NCBI GenBank assembly: GCA_947074145.1
Contig: CAMTOJ010000002.1
Span: forward strand, 40,742-104,741
DNA: 64,000 nucleotides
DNA from: an uncultured Bacteroidales bacterium
Lineage (GTDB): Bacteria > Bacteroidota > Bacteroidia > Bacteroidales > JAUNSR01
Reading direction: 5' to 3'
Shown here: in pieces, positions 19,707 to 30,244 of the stretch
How positions within the stretch are numbered: position 1 is the first letter of the stretch
Layout of the letters: each line of letters begins with the position of its first letter
Position numbers and translations under genes: made by a program
The notes under the pieces: generated by a model
Told to the model about the DNA's origin: nothing
The model's input: only the letters and a program-made list of their open reading frames with translations
Database searches by the model: none

Positions 19707-21140
19707 ATGGATAGCACATTATTCACAGAAGGTCTTTATACATTACTTTGGATAATATATATAATCACCGTAATAGGTGTTATATTGATTGTTCTATCAG
19801 AAAATAGAAATCCCCTAAAGTCTATTTCCTGGATAATTGTATTGATGTTCTTCCCAATCGGAGGATTGATTTTTTATATTTTTTTAGGCCGCGATTTTCG
19901 TAAACAACGCATGATTTCCAAAAAAAGTTTTAAGAAAATCGATAAATATTCATTTGATTTTGATACTGATCCCAAAAACGTAAATCTTGATGTGAACTCA
20001 GAAATGCTCGTTAAATTGCTTAGAAATATTGGGAAATCCAAGCTATATACAGGCAATAGTGTTGAGGTGTTTACAACCGGAAAAAAAATGACGAGTTCTT
20101 TGAGAGACTCTATCGAAAAGGCTGAAAAATTTATTCATCTGCAATTTTATATTTTTCAAAATGATGAAATAGGTATTGAACTTCGAGATCTTTTGATAAA
20201 AAAGGCACGACAAGGAGTAGAAGTGCGTTTAATGTATGATGATGTAGGGTCATGGAAAGTTAAGAATCATTTTTTTAATGACATGAAAGAACATGGAATT
20301 GAAATTAATGCCTTCTACGAAGTTAAAATACCGGTTTTTGCAAGGAAAATAAATTACCGTAATCATAGAAAAATTGCCATTATTGACGGTAAGTATGGGT
20401 TTATCGGTGGAATGAATATTGCTGACCGCTACATAAAAGGACTCAAATGGGGAACTTGGCGTGACACTCATTTAATGATTCAGGGACCGGCAATAATTGA
20501 TCTTCAGAAGTCTTTCTCTATTGATTGGTATTTTTCAAATAAGGCTCTTTTATGGGATGAAAGATATTTCCCAAAACAACCTATTATGGGCAATATTCCG
20601 ATGCAAATCATTACAAGCGGACCCATAGGTGAATGGAAAGAGATGATGTATGCTTTTTTTAAAGTAATAACATCAGCCCGTAAATATGTTTATATCCAAA
20701 CACCCTATTTTCTTCCAACAGAAGCACTTTTAATAGCTCTTCAGACAATTGCACTTTCAGGCGTTGATGTCCGGATTATGCTTCCTTTACGTTCCGATTC
20801 GACACTTGTTCATATCGGATCATGTTCATATATTCGTTCAATGCTCATCTCTGATGTTAAAGTTTACTTTTATAATCCCGGGTTCCTTCATTCTAAAGTG
20901 ATAATTGTGGATGATGAATACTGTTCTGTGGGATCGGCAAATATGGATTTTAGAAGTCTCGAACATAATTTTGAGGCAAATGCTTTCATTTATGATCGCG
21001 ATTTTACAATAAGTATGAAAAAAATCTTTCTTAAGGATCAAACTTTATCACAGAAAGTTACATTAAGGGAATGGCGTAGTCGTCCATTGCCAAAAAAAGC
21101 TTTAGAGTCTATTATGCGTTTGTTTGCACCTATGTTATAA
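19707..21140 (+). CDS. cls: Cardiolipin synthase
   Basis: 477 aa. Two N-terminal TM helices and two PLD HKD motifs ('NHRKIAIIDGKYGFIGGMN' and 'LHSKVIIVDDEYCSVGSANMD'). Confidence 0.9.
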   Translation: MDSTLFTEGLYTLLWIIYIITVIGVILIVLSENRNPLKSISWIIVLMFFPIGGLIFYIFLGRDFRKQRMISKKSFKKIDKYSFDFDTDPKNVNLDVNSEMLVKLLRNIGKSKLYTGNSVEVFTTGKKMTSSLRDSIEKAEKFIHLQFYIFQNDEIGIELRDLLIKKARQGVEVRLMYDDVGSWKVKNHFFNDMKEHGIEINAFYEVKIPVFARKINYRNHRKIAIIDGKYGFIGGMNIADRYIKGLKWGTWRDTHLMIQGPAIIDLQKSFSIDWYFSNKALLWDERYFPKQPIMGNIPMQIITSGPIGEWKEMMYAFFKVITSARKYVYIQTPYFLPTEALLIALQTIALSGVDVRIMLPLRSDSTLVHIGSCSYIRSMLISDVKVYFYNPGFLHSKVIIVDDEYCSVGSANMDFRSLEHNFEANAFIYDRDFTISMKKIFLKDQTLSQKVTLREWRSRPLPKKALESIMRLFAPML

Positions 21141-21564
21141 TACTATTTACATCTGCTTATTGCTCTGATCATAATAAAAATGATCTGATTAAACCTCCTC
21201 ATTTAATTTCTGAATTATAATAAAAGCACTTTTATATTCTCTGAAATCGAGTCAATTTCGTAGAGATAGAATATTAATTATGCTTTATTAAAGAAAATAA
21301 TCATTGTTAAATTCCAAGAGTGTTTTTTTTAATCATTCTACAAAAGGATCGATAATGCCTATTCTAACCTAATCTGGCGATGGTTCAAAGGATGAATATA
21401 AAAATCAATTATGTTATTTTTGGAAAACAAATATTCAGTAAAACAAAAAATATCAATTTGTAAGAATTTTCGAAAATTTTCTCATAAACCTTTTTTTTAG
21501 AGGCGATGTTATTAAGCCGTGTTACAAACAATAAAGTTATTAACCTAACCAAAAACCAAAAATT

Positions 21565-23175
21565 ATGAGAAAATCTTTAGTTCTTTTAAGCTCGGCCTTT
21601 ATGTTGGCGGGTTTAATTACATCATGTTCTGATAAGGAAGAGTCTTTGATTTCTACTCAGGAAGAGGCTGCTTATTTTAGTACATCTTTGAGTATTTCAA
21701 CTAATGAATTCAAAACTAGAACAGAGGTTGCAGATACAGAAGAAACTCCTATCTGTGATTGGGTGGATCTTGCAACTGCTGCTGCTTTTGATGCTTCTGC
21801 TTATGAGGCAGAAATCACAATTGTTTATCACAAAGGTTCCACAAGTGAATCACAACCTGATGTTTTTAAAGTTCCTATTAAGAATATCAAACTTGATGAT
21901 GACGGAGATCCTGTAGCTGTTACTGATCAATTTACTTTGATTAAACCTTTAACTAAACATGAATTGGTTGGTATAAAGATTGTTGATAATCAGGATAATG
22001 TTATTTTCTCTACTGTTAAAGAGGGTGCTCTTTATGCAAATCATATAAGAGAAGCTCATCTTATGCCATTGAGCATTTATGTGGGTATAGATGATACTGC
22101 AGAAGAAGGTACAGTAGAAAGAAAAGTTATCATCGATGATAAAGAAAAGACTCCTATTAAGACTTCTGTTCTTTGTGCATTTGAAGAAGAAGCTCCTAAC
22201 TTCGGATATTCACTATGGACATTCAATTTTGTAAGAGTTGTATGTATCCCTTATTCTGTAAATGTTAAGAAAGAACCTTGTGAATCTAATTCTAAAGACG
22301 TCTATGGAAAAACTAAAATTACTCTAAGTCGTGTTGACGGATCTGATACTTATGTTCATGAAAGTTCAACTCTATTTGACGAAGAAAGAGAAGAGGTAAT
22401 GGGTAAAATATGTTTCAACTATCAGGGTGATCAAGATTATAAAGAACAAGAATGGACTCTTAAACTTGAAATTTTCTTCTTAAGTGGAGCAACTGCTGTT
22501 ATTGAAAGCACTATCTCTTTGGAAGATCTTTGGAATTATAAAGAAAGCGGTTACTGGGTATATCCTAAAGGTACAATCTTTAATAAAGAAGATAATAATT
22601 ATGATCCTAAGGGATATATTCACTTTGATTTCTTTAATGTAGATCTTACTAAAGCAGGTGCAATCTCTAACCCTGAAGCTGACGGAACGTGGGAATTAGA
22701 AATTACTAAAGCTATTAATTGTTGCGACGATATTATTGCTTGTGAAGATGTAGAAGTGGACACTTCTTCTATTCAAGAATTTTATGCAGCAATAAAAGAC
22801 TTAACAGGTGAATGTGCATGGACTGGTGGAACTGTAGAAGATGGCGCTCTTTATATCAATGCAGGTCAGAAAATTACATCTCCTGTTTTTGAACTTGAAG
22901 AAGGTCAAATTATAAATGCTTTGGTAGAAAAATATGGAACAGAAATCGCAACACAAGAGGAATATTTCAAATTATATGATGCTTGTACAGATGCTCTGAT
23001 TATTAATGAAAAAGGAGACGAGGTTACAAGAAGTCTTTCCGGCCTTCAAGTCTATTCAATTAAAGCTAATTATAAAGGCAAATTTTATGTAACTCTTGAA
23101 GCAAGTGAACAAAATGATGGAAAAGCGTCAATCGTAAACTTTACTTTTAAAAAAGCACTTGAAGAAATCAAATAA
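21565..23175 (+). CDS. Lipoprotein of unknown function, paralog 1 of a tandem pair
   Basis: 536 aa, lipobox 'LITSCSDKEE'. Shares long blocks with 23339..25093, e.g. 'EEAPNFGYSLWTFNFVRVVCIPYSVNVK'. No family recognised. Confidence 0.8.
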   Translation: MRKSLVLLSSAFMLAGLITSCSDKEESLISTQEEAAYFSTSLSISTNEFKTRTEVADTEETPICDWVDLATAAAFDASAYEAEITIVYHKGSTSESQPDVFKVPIKNIKLDDDGDPVAVTDQFTLIKPLTKHELVGIKIVDNQDNVIFSTVKEGALYANHIREAHLMPLSIYVGIDDTAEEGTVERKVIIDDKEKTPIKTSVLCAFEEEAPNFGYSLWTFNFVRVVCIPYSVNVKKEPCESNSKDVYGKTKITLSRVDGSDTYVHESSTLFDEEREEVMGKICFNYQGDQDYKEQEWTLKLEIFFLSGATAVIESTISLEDLWNYKESGYWVYPKGTIFNKEDNNYDPKGYIHFDFFNVDLTKAGAISNPEADGTWELEITKAINCCDDIIACEDVEVDTSSIQEFYAAIKDLTGECAWTGGTVEDGALYINAGQKITSPVFELEEGQIINALVEKYGTEIATQEEYFKLYDACTDALIINEKGDEVTRSLSGLQVYSIKANYKGKFYVTLEASEQNDGKASIVNFTFKKALEEIK

Positions 23176-23338
23176 TAAAATAAAAAATCAAAAAAGGCTG
23201 CCTTATAAATTATTATAGGGCAGCCTCTATAAGAAAATAATTACAAAATATAATAACCTATTATTCTTTGAAGAAGACCCTATTACCGATAAGAAGAATA
23301 ACTTATTATATTCCTTATTGCACTAAATACTGTATATT

Positions 23339-25093
23339 ATGAAAAAGTCATTATTTTTTATTAGCTCAGCTTTTTTATTGGCTGCATTGACAAGTTCTTG
23401 CTCCGATGAAAATAAGGATCAGCTTGCAATGTTTGAGGATGATGCTTTTATTAATCTCTCTTTAAATATCTCTACCGGAGATATTAAGACTAAAGCGATG
23501 ATTGATGCTACAGATGACGGGACAGACGCAGAAGGAATTTGTTGGAACGAAGATTTGAAGAATCTCGAATCAACTTTCGATGCTTCTCAATATGAGGCAA
23601 AAATAACAATCAGATATCATGTCGATGCCAATGATCAAGACAAAGGCAATGATATTATTTTTGTTCCTATTAAAAATATTGTTTTAGAAGATGGTTCTCA
23701 GCCGGTTGCTGTAACTGATCAGTTTTCTTTGTTGAAACCTCTTAAAGATACTCGTCATGTTGTTGATGGTATCTATATAATCACTAAAAAGCAAGCCGGA
23801 GACGGAGAAGATTTTGTTCCTAAAGTTGTTTTCTCTTCAGTTGTTTCCGGAGCTAATTATGCTAATCATATTAGAAAAGATCATCAGATGCCAATAAGCC
23901 TATTTGTAGGAGATACAGATAGTTATGAAAATGTTGATGATATTAACTATGTAGTAATTAATGATAAAGTAAAAACTCCAATACCTGTGTCTGTTTTATG
24001 CGCAGTCAATGAGGAAGCTCCGAACTTTGGTTACTCTTTATGGTCTTTTAATTTTGTAAGAGTAGTTTGTATACCTTATTCCGTAAATGTCAAAACCAAT
24101 CCTTGTGACGAATATTCAAAAGATATTTATGGTATAACCGATCTTACTATTTCTCGTATATCTAAAACTGGATTATTAGAGGAAGGTAAAGAGTTTTCAT
24201 ATGAAATCTTTCATCATAGTTCAACTACAGAAGATGAAGTTGTGGGTAAAATTTGCTTCAATTATCAAAGTGATGAAGCAATAGATGATCAGATTTATGA
24301 TCTTAGTTTGACTATTAAATTTAAAAATGGAAGAACAGCAACGATATTTGGTCAAATTCCACTTGAAAATCTTTGGAATTATAAGAACAGCGGTTATTGG
24401 GTCGTTCCTAAAGGTTCAGATATAAATTCAACAGATGGTTATATTCACTTTGATCTCTTTAATATTGATATTACTAAATCTGGTATTATAAATAGTGAAT
24501 TTAAAGAGGAAGATGGTAAATGGATACTTAAAATTATAGAACCTTATTTATGTGAATCCGATTTTAGTTGTAACGAATCAAAAATTAAATTCCCTACGAA
24601 TTTGCCTAATGGAGTTGATAATTATGTAGAAACCAATTCTCCATTAACAGAATGTGATTGGATATTTGTTCGCTTTACACAAGGAATAAAAAGTCCAACA
24701 TTATATTCGTTTGACGGAGCACTTTATTCTCCTATTATTTATTTGAATAAGGGGGATATTGCAACATATGCAATAAAAACAGCTGTAAATTTTGGTGAAG
24801 GAATAGAAAAAGATTATTGTTTGAATAAATACTACGAAGTTGAACTTATACCTATTGATGTTAATTCATACAATACTATGACCCAATTTACAAAGCAAAC
24901 CAAAAATTTAGAAAATAAAGAAGTATGCCTATGTGCTCATGAACTATTATCAACAACTATAAGTTCATCTGCTGCTCCGGAATCAAATTATTATAGAGTT
25001 AAGTTTAATATTAAAACAAAGAATCCTGATGAATACGCAACAATTGTAACTGATTTTAGTTACACAGGCTTTGAAGAAAAAAAAGATCTATAA
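23339..25093 (+). CDS. Lipoprotein of unknown function, paralog 2 of a tandem pair
   Basis: 584 aa, lipobox 'LTSSCSDENKD'. N-terminal ~380 aa are collinear with paralog 1; the C-terminal ~200 aa are unrelated and Cys-rich. Confidence 0.8.
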   Translation: MKKSLFFISSAFLLAALTSSCSDENKDQLAMFEDDAFINLSLNISTGDIKTKAMIDATDDGTDAEGICWNEDLKNLESTFDASQYEAKITIRYHVDANDQDKGNDIIFVPIKNIVLEDGSQPVAVTDQFSLLKPLKDTRHVVDGIYIITKKQAGDGEDFVPKVVFSSVVSGANYANHIRKDHQMPISLFVGDTDSYENVDDINYVVINDKVKTPIPVSVLCAVNEEAPNFGYSLWSFNFVRVVCIPYSVNVKTNPCDEYSKDIYGITDLTISRISKTGLLEEGKEFSYEIFHHSSTTEDEVVGKICFNYQSDEAIDDQIYDLSLTIKFKNGRTATIFGQIPLENLWNYKNSGYWVVPKGSDINSTDGYIHFDLFNIDITKSGIINSEFKEEDGKWILKIIEPYLCESDFSCNESKIKFPTNLPNGVDNYVETNSPLTECDWIFVRFTQGIKSPTLYSFDGALYSPIIYLNKGDIATYAIKTAVNFGEGIEKDYCLNKYYEVELIPIDVNSYNTMTQFTKQTKNLENKEVCLCAHELLSTTISSSAAPESNYYRVKFNIKTKNPDEYATIVTDFSYTGFEEKKDL

Positions 25094-25175
25094 ACAAAAT
25101 GAAGGTTATATTTCTGTAATTAAGATTTGAATAATAAATTATTTATACTTAAACTTCATAAATAAATTTAAGATA

Positions 25176-25212
25176 AAAAGGCTGTACAACCCAATAGTTG
25201 TGCAGCCTTTTT
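25176..25212. terminator. Bidirectional terminator (lipoprotein paralog 2 / hisS)
   Basis: AAAAAGGCTGTACAAC ... GTTGTGCAGCCTTTTT stem with one G-U position, flanked by A- and T-runs. Confidence 0.8.
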
Positions 25213-25287
25213 CAAAGTTATCTTTAGAATATTTCTTCTAAAATTTTAATATTAAGAATTTCGTATTAAAGATCTCTATTTTCATTT

Positions 25288-26646
25288 TTATTTTAGCAAT
25301 GAAATAAGTTCATTGAAGGAAATAAGTTTTTGTTCCCCAGACAACATATCTTTAAGATTAATCATATTCTGAGAAATCTCATTTTCACCGATAAGAGCAA
25401 CAAATGGTATTTTCTTAGAATCTGCATATCCCATTTGCTTTTTCATTTTAGCATTTTCAGGGTAAATTTCAGCTCTTATACCCTCTTTTCTTAATTGAGA
25501 AACGAGTTTAAGACAATGTTTCTGTTCTTCAGCTCCGAAATTCACAAATATAATCTGAGTTGTCATTAAAGAATCTTCAGGATATAATTCAAGCTGATTA
25601 AGAACATCAAAAATACGATCGGCACCAAAAGATATACCTACACCGGACACGCCCGGCATCCCGAATACTCCTGTAAGGTTGTCGTAACGACCTCCACCTG
25701 TTATTGATCCGATTTGAACATCAAGAGCCTTTACTTCAAAAATGGCACCTGTATAATAATTAAGACCTCTTGCAAGAGTAAGGTCAAGATCAAGCTGACA
25801 TTTTATACCCACAAGATCTATATTATCAAGAATAAATTCCGATTCTTCTATTCCTTTAAGTCCTGTTTGAGAAGCCGAAAGAATAGTTTTTAGTTTTTCA
25901 AGTTTCTCTCTATTGCTTCCTTCAAGCATGATAATAGGTTGAAGTTGAGAGATAGCCTCCTCAGTCAGCCCTTTTAGACGAAGCTCTTCATTTACTTTTT
26001 CAAGGCCGATCTTATCAAGTTTGTCAATAGCAACGGTGATATCTACAATTCTTTCAGGCTCACCAATTATTTCAGCAATTCCTGTAAGAATTTTTCTGTT
26101 ATTCATCTTTATGGCAACGTTTATACCGAATCTACCAAATACCTCGTCAATTATCTGTATAAGTTCCACCTCATTAATAAGAGAATCAGAACCTACGACA
26201 TCTGCATCACATTGGAAAAATTCGCGATATCTGCCTTTTTGAGGTCTGTCGGCTCTCCATACAGGTTGAATTTGATATCTTTTAAAAGGAAAAGCAATCT
26301 CATCGCGATGCATCACCACAAAACGAGCAAAAGGTACTGTAAGATCATATCTCAATCCCTTTTCACATAACTGGGATGCAAGCTTTGCTATATTTTTATT
26401 ATCAATATCTTCTTTGTTTGCACCTTTTAGAAAATCGCCGGAATTCAATATCTTGAAAAGAAGTTTATCTCCCTCTTCTCCATATTTTCCCATTAATGTA
26501 GAAAGCATCTCCATAGCCGGGGTTTCAATCTGTTGATAACCGTACAGGTGATATACGTCGCGAATAGTATTGAAAATATAGTTTCTTTTCGCCATCTCCT
26601 GAGGCGTAAAATCTCTGGTTCCCTTTGGAATTGATGGTTTTGCCAT
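25288..26646 (-). CDS. hisS: Histidine--tRNA ligase
   Basis: '[12 protein letters not shown]', '[27 protein letters not shown]', 'GGGRYDNL', C-terminal anticodon-binding domain. I prefer the start at MAKPSIPKG (26646) over the upstream ATG at 26700. Confidence 0.95.
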   Translation of the reverse strand: MAKPSIPKGTRDFTPQEMAKRNYIFNTIRDVYHLYGYQQIETPAMEMLSTLMGKYGEEGDKLLFKILNSGDFLKGANKEDIDNKNIAKLASQLCEKGLRYDLTVPFARFVVMHRDEIAFPFKRYQIQPVWRADRPQKGRYREFFQCDADVVGSDSLINEVELIQIIDEVFGRFGINVAIKMNNRKILTGIAEIIGEPERIVDITVAIDKLDKIGLEKVNEELRLKGLTEEAISQLQPIIMLEGSNREKLEKLKTILSASQTGLKGIEESEFILDNIDLVGIKCQLDLDLTLARGLNYYTGAIFEVKALDVQIGSITGGGRYDNLTGVFGMPGVSGVGISFGADRIFDVLNQLELYPEDSLMTTQIIFVNFGAEEQKHCLKLVSQLRKEGIRAEIYPENAKMKKQMGYADSKKIPFVALIGENEISQNMINLKDMLSGEQKLISFNELISLLK

Positions 26647-26736
26647 AACTTTATTGTAAATAGTTTTATTTTGAGCGCAAAGATAAGAAAAGTCAGACAA
26701 TTAAATTCATTTCTATTTTATTATGAGATTATTTTA

Positions 26737-26804
26737 GTGATGTCTCTACGCTGGTGATGTCGCTGAGCTGGAGATGTGCTACGCTATAGATTGCTTCGCT
26801 AGTA
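26737..26804. repeat. About four degenerate tandem copies of a 17-bp unit in the hisS/pepT divergent intergenic region
   Basis: GTGATGTCTCTACGCTG / GTGATGTCGCTGAGCTG / GAGATGTGCTACGCTAT / AGATTGCTTCGCTAGTA. A locally GC-richer island in AT-rich spacer. Confidence 0.7.
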
Positions 26805-26937
26805 ATATCTGAGAGGGTTAATGTAAAACCACTAAATGTGCCTTTATATTCATTTATTTAAGAAAATATTTAAAGTGCTATAAAAAGAGTAAAACATAAA
26901 GATTTATCTTTGTTCAAACATTTAATCTAAAAAAGAT

Positions 26938-28176
26938 ATGGAATTAATAGACAGATTCCTTACTTATGTAAAGTTTGATACTCAATCAGACGATCTTACA
27001 CAAATGACACCGAGTACACCGGGTCAAATGGCGTTTGCACATTACCTGAAAGACGAATTGACAAAAATGGGTTTGACCGAGATTCATCTTGATGATAACG
27101 GTTATCTAATGGCTTCTCTAGAAGCTAATACCGAGAAAGAACTTCCGGTTATCGGATTTATTGCTCATATGGATACATCTCCCGATTTTTCAGGTCGTAA
27201 TGTTTCGCCAAGAATAATAAAAGATTACGACGCAGAGGATATCATTCTTGATAAGGAGAATAATATAATAATGAAAACAGTCGATTTCCCTGAGCTTAAA
27301 TCTTATAAAGGTCAGGACTTGATTGTAACTAACGGAAAGACTCTTCTTGGAGCTGATGATAAAGCAGGTATAGCAGAGATAATATCTGCGATGGCATATC
27401 TTCAAAAACATCCTGAAATTAAGCATGGAAAGATTCGCATCGCCTTTACTCCGGATGAGGAGATAGGACTTGGTGCACACAAATTTGACGTAGAACTTTT
27501 CGGTGCTAAATGGGCATATACTATCGATGGCGGAGAGATAGGGGAGTTAGAATATGAAAACTTCAATGCAGCTATCGCCAAAGTAACATTTAAAGGAAGA
27601 AATGTACATCCCGGAGCGGCAAAGCATAAGATGATCAATTCAATTCGTGTTGCCAATCAATTTGCAATAATGCTTCCTCGTTGGGAAACACCTGAGCATA
27701 CGGAAGGTTATGAAGGTTTTTATCATCTTATTGATTTTAAAGGAAGTGTTGAAGAATCTGTTCTTACCTATATAATAAGAGATCACGACAAAGATCGTTT
27801 CGAACGTAGAAAAAAAGAATTTGAACATCTTACAAGAAAAATAAACAGAGAATTTCCCGATTGCGCTCATGTAGAGATTAAAGATCAATACTTCAATATG
27901 CGCGAAAAAGTGGAACCTGTAAAATTTATTGTTGACGTAGCATTCAAAGCTATGCAGGAAGCGGGTGTTAAACCATTGGTAAAACCTATCAGAGGTGGAA
28001 CTGATGGCTCTCAACTTTCATTTAAAGGTCTTCCTTGCCCAAATATCTTTACCGGAGGACACAATTTCCACGGCAGATATGAGTTTATTTCAGTTCAGTC
28101 AATGAAAAAAGCAAAACAGACTATTATAAAGATTGCAGAGATAGTTGAAAGAGAGGGAGTTCAGTGGTTAGGCTGA
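26938..28176 (+). CDS. pepT: Peptidase T (tripeptide aminopeptidase, M20B)
   Basis: 412 aa. '[16 protein letters not shown]', '[12 protein letters not shown]', '[13 protein letters not shown]', 'FTPDEEIG', '[33 protein letters not shown]'. Confidence 0.95.
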   Translation: MELIDRFLTYVKFDTQSDDLTQMTPSTPGQMAFAHYLKDELTKMGLTEIHLDDNGYLMASLEANTEKELPVIGFIAHMDTSPDFSGRNVSPRIIKDYDAEDIILDKENNIIMKTVDFPELKSYKGQDLIVTNGKTLLGADDKAGIAEIISAMAYLQKHPEIKHGKIRIAFTPDEEIGLGAHKFDVELFGAKWAYTIDGGEIGELEYENFNAAIAKVTFKGRNVHPGAAKHKMINSIRVANQFAIMLPRWETPEHTEGYEGFYHLIDFKGSVEESVLTYIIRDHDKDRFERRKKEFEHLTRKINREFPDCAHVEIKDQYFNMREKVEPVKFIVDVAFKAMQEAGVKPLVKPIRGGTDGSQLSFKGLPCPNIFTGGHNFHGRYEFISVQSMKKAKQTIIKIAEIVEREGVQWLG

Positions 28177-28212
28177 AATAAATTAAAACTCTAAAAGATA
28201 AATTTTTAATTT

Positions 28213-28238
28213 AAAGTACACCTATGGATGTGTACTTT
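28213..28238 (+). terminator. Hairpin terminator after pepT
   Basis: AAAGTACAC ... GTGTACTTT perfect 9-bp stem. Confidence 0.6.
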
Positions 28239-28254
28239 AAAGCTATAATATTAT

Positions 28255-28302
28255 TTAAGCATTGGATGTATGATATCTAGAATTCATATAATCCAATGCT
28301 TA
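28255..28302 (-). terminator. Hairpin terminator after the ars operon (arsP end)
   Basis: TTAAGCATTGGA ... TCCAATGCTTAA perfect 12-bp stem just downstream of the arsP stop. Confidence 0.65.
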
Positions 28303-28324
28303 ATTATTTCAGGGTCATTATAAT

Positions 28325-29293
28325 TTATAATACGAGATTAAAAATATATCCCAGCAGAATTATAAACAATGTTATAGTTGCGAAGAAGATGAATATTAGT
28401 CTCCATGTCATAACTTTTTTAAGCATTGTTGCCTCCGGTATAGACAACCCCACAACAGACATCATAAAAGCCATTGCAGTACCAAGTGGGACACCTTTTG
28501 CTACGAAAACCTGTATAACAGGAACGATACCGGCAGCATTTGCATACATTGGTACAGCAAGTATTACTGCTATTGGTACACTATACCATTTATCTGCCGA
28601 AAGATGTTCTTCGAAAAAACTTTCCGGAACATAACCATGCATCGCAGCACCAATAGATATACCTATTATTATATATATTAGCACTCCCTTTACTATGGAC
28701 CAGGCATCTTTTAAGATAACAGGTAATCGATGAAAGAATGTAACTCTCTCTGTCTTCCACTCCTCTGTTTCAGACTCTGAATGAACCTGTATAGCACGAA
28801 CCCAAGGTGTCAAATATTTATCAAGTCTGAACTTACCAAGAATCCATCCACCGGCGACTCCAAGCAATATCCCGCTAAATAAATATATAAGGGTAATTCT
28901 CAAGCCGAATGTACCAAGAAACATTGCTACAGCCACTTCATTCACAAGGGGAGAGGTGATAAGAAACGAAAAGGTTACCCCAAGAGGTATTCCTCCCTTG
29001 ACGAAGCCTATGAATAAAGGTATGGATGAGCAGCTGCAGAAAGGTGTAATAGCACCGAATACAGACGCCAGAAGATATTGAAAACCGTAAAGTTTTCGTG
29101 TCATAAGAAAGTTGCGTAATCTGTCTATCGGAAGATATGCATTTACAATACCCATTATCACACTGATAAGAAAAAGAAGAAAAATAATCTTTATCGTATC
29201 ATAAATAAAAAAATTAAGAGCTGATCCCAAATGACTATCAGAGTTTAACCCGATAATATTAAAAATAAGCCAGTCTGCAAATTCTTGTATCAT
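28325..29293 (-). CDS. arsP: ArsP-type organoarsenical efflux permease (DUF318 'permease' family)
   Basis: 322 aa polytopic membrane protein. Carries the signature vicinal-Cys motif 'TPFCSCSSIP' and lies last in an arsR-led operon. Confidence 0.75.
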   Translation of the reverse strand: MIQEFADWLIFNIIGLNSDSHLGSALNFFIYDTIKIIFLLFLISVIMGIVNAYLPIDRLRNFLMTRKLYGFQYLLASVFGAITPFCSCSSIPLFIGFVKGGIPLGVTFSFLITSPLVNEVAVAMFLGTFGLRITLIYLFSGILLGVAGGWILGKFRLDKYLTPWVRAIQVHSESETEEWKTERVTFFHRLPVILKDAWSIVKGVLIYIIIGISIGAAMHGYVPESFFEEHLSADKWYSVPIAVILAVPMYANAAGIVPVIQVFVAKGVPLGTAMAFMMSVVGLSIPEATMLKKVMTWRLIFIFFATITLFIILLGYIFNLVL

Positions 29294-29296
29294 ATC

Positions 29297-30244
29297 TTAA
29301 CACCCCCTTCCACATGAACATTCCGGAAGTACCTGTTTTTTAATCTCTTTGATATAAAATTCAAAAAAGCCACTCTTTATTTCATCTCTTACTCTTCTGA
29401 ACTCCGATTCAATAAAATCCGGAGAACCTGTTGCATGAGAAGGATCATCGAATCCTATATGTATTCGGTGTTTTACATTTCCTGTGAAAGCCGGACAAAC
29501 TTCGTTGGCGCCACCGCATACAGTTATTACATAATCCCAGTCTTGATCAAGATATTTTTCAACAGAATCCGATGTATGTCCGGAGATATCTATGCCAACC
29601 TCTTTCATCGCTTTAACAGCTCCGGCATTCAATTTACCTGCGGCATCCGTACCGGCTGAACAGACTTTCATACCTTTATCAAAAGATTGAAGAAATCCAT
29701 GAGCCATCTGACTACGGCAACTGTTTCCTGTACATAAAATAAGTACTTTCACTCTGTCTTCCAGTATTAACTGCCAGTGACCTAAATCTCTCCACTCTGC
29801 GAATTTATTTCCTATCTCTTTAAAATGCGAAATGTTTTTAAATCCATATTTCTCATGTAATGCGATACTTGCTTCATTTGGTAGTGCTATGCCCGCAATG
29901 ATAGTATGAAAACGCGATAAATCAATTTTATTAAGAAGATGATCCATCATTACGCTTCCTATCTGCTTATTTAGGTAGTCTTTATCAATATAGATAGATA
30001 TTTCTACCGATGTTCTATATGCACAACGACCTGACCAAGCATGAAGATAACAGTAACCTACAACTATATTATTTATCTCATATACAAAATATGGATAACC
30101 TCCGGATATAAAATCCTGTATTCGTTGTTCCATATCCTTAATGCATACAGCATCTGTTTCAAAAGAAACCGCAGTATTCTCAACATAATAATTGTAAATA
30201 TCACAGATTCTTCCCGCATCCCCAATTGTGACTTTTCTTATCAT
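29297..30244 (-). CDS. Fusion protein: N-terminal GNAT/PAT-like acetyltransferase (ArsN-like) + C-terminal LMW-PTP-type arsenate reductase (ArsC)
   Basis: 315 aa. Residues 1-~165 look like a phosphinothricin-acetyltransferase-type GNAT ('YYVENTAVSFE', 'GYCYLHAWSGRCAYRTSVEISIY', 'ALHEKYGF'). Residues ~170-300 have 'VLILCTGNSCRSQMAHGF', 'VITVCGGA..VCP', 'DDP'. There is an extra Cys-rich tail, 'PECSCGRGC'. Confidence 0.8.
   Translation of the reverse strand: MIRKVTIGDAGRICDIYNYYVENTAVSFETDAVCIKDMEQRIQDFISGGYPYFVYEINNIVVGYCYLHAWSGRCAYRTSVEISIYIDKDYLNKQIGSVMMDHLLNKIDLSRFHTIIAGIALPNEASIALHEKYGFKNISHFKEIGNKFAEWRDLGHWQLILEDRVKVLILCTGNSCRSQMAHGFLQSFDKGMKVCSAGTDAAGKLNAGAVKAMKEVGIDISGHTSDSVEKYLDQDWDYVITVCGGANEVCPAFTGNVKHRIHIGFDDPSHATGSPDFIESEFRRVRDEIKSGFFEFYIKEIKKQVLPECSCGRGC

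Noticed and set aside
26737-26804. Tandem 17-bp repeats considered as a CRISPR array or minisatellite-encoded peptide
   Set aside because: The units are contiguous with no spacers and too short for CRISPR repeats, there are no cas genes in the window, and there are stops in all frames.
28296-28634. 112-aa plus-strand ORF at the 3' end of arsP
   Set aside because: It lies entirely antisense to the ArsP membrane protein; the hydrophobic-looking translation is a mirror effect of a TM-rich gene.
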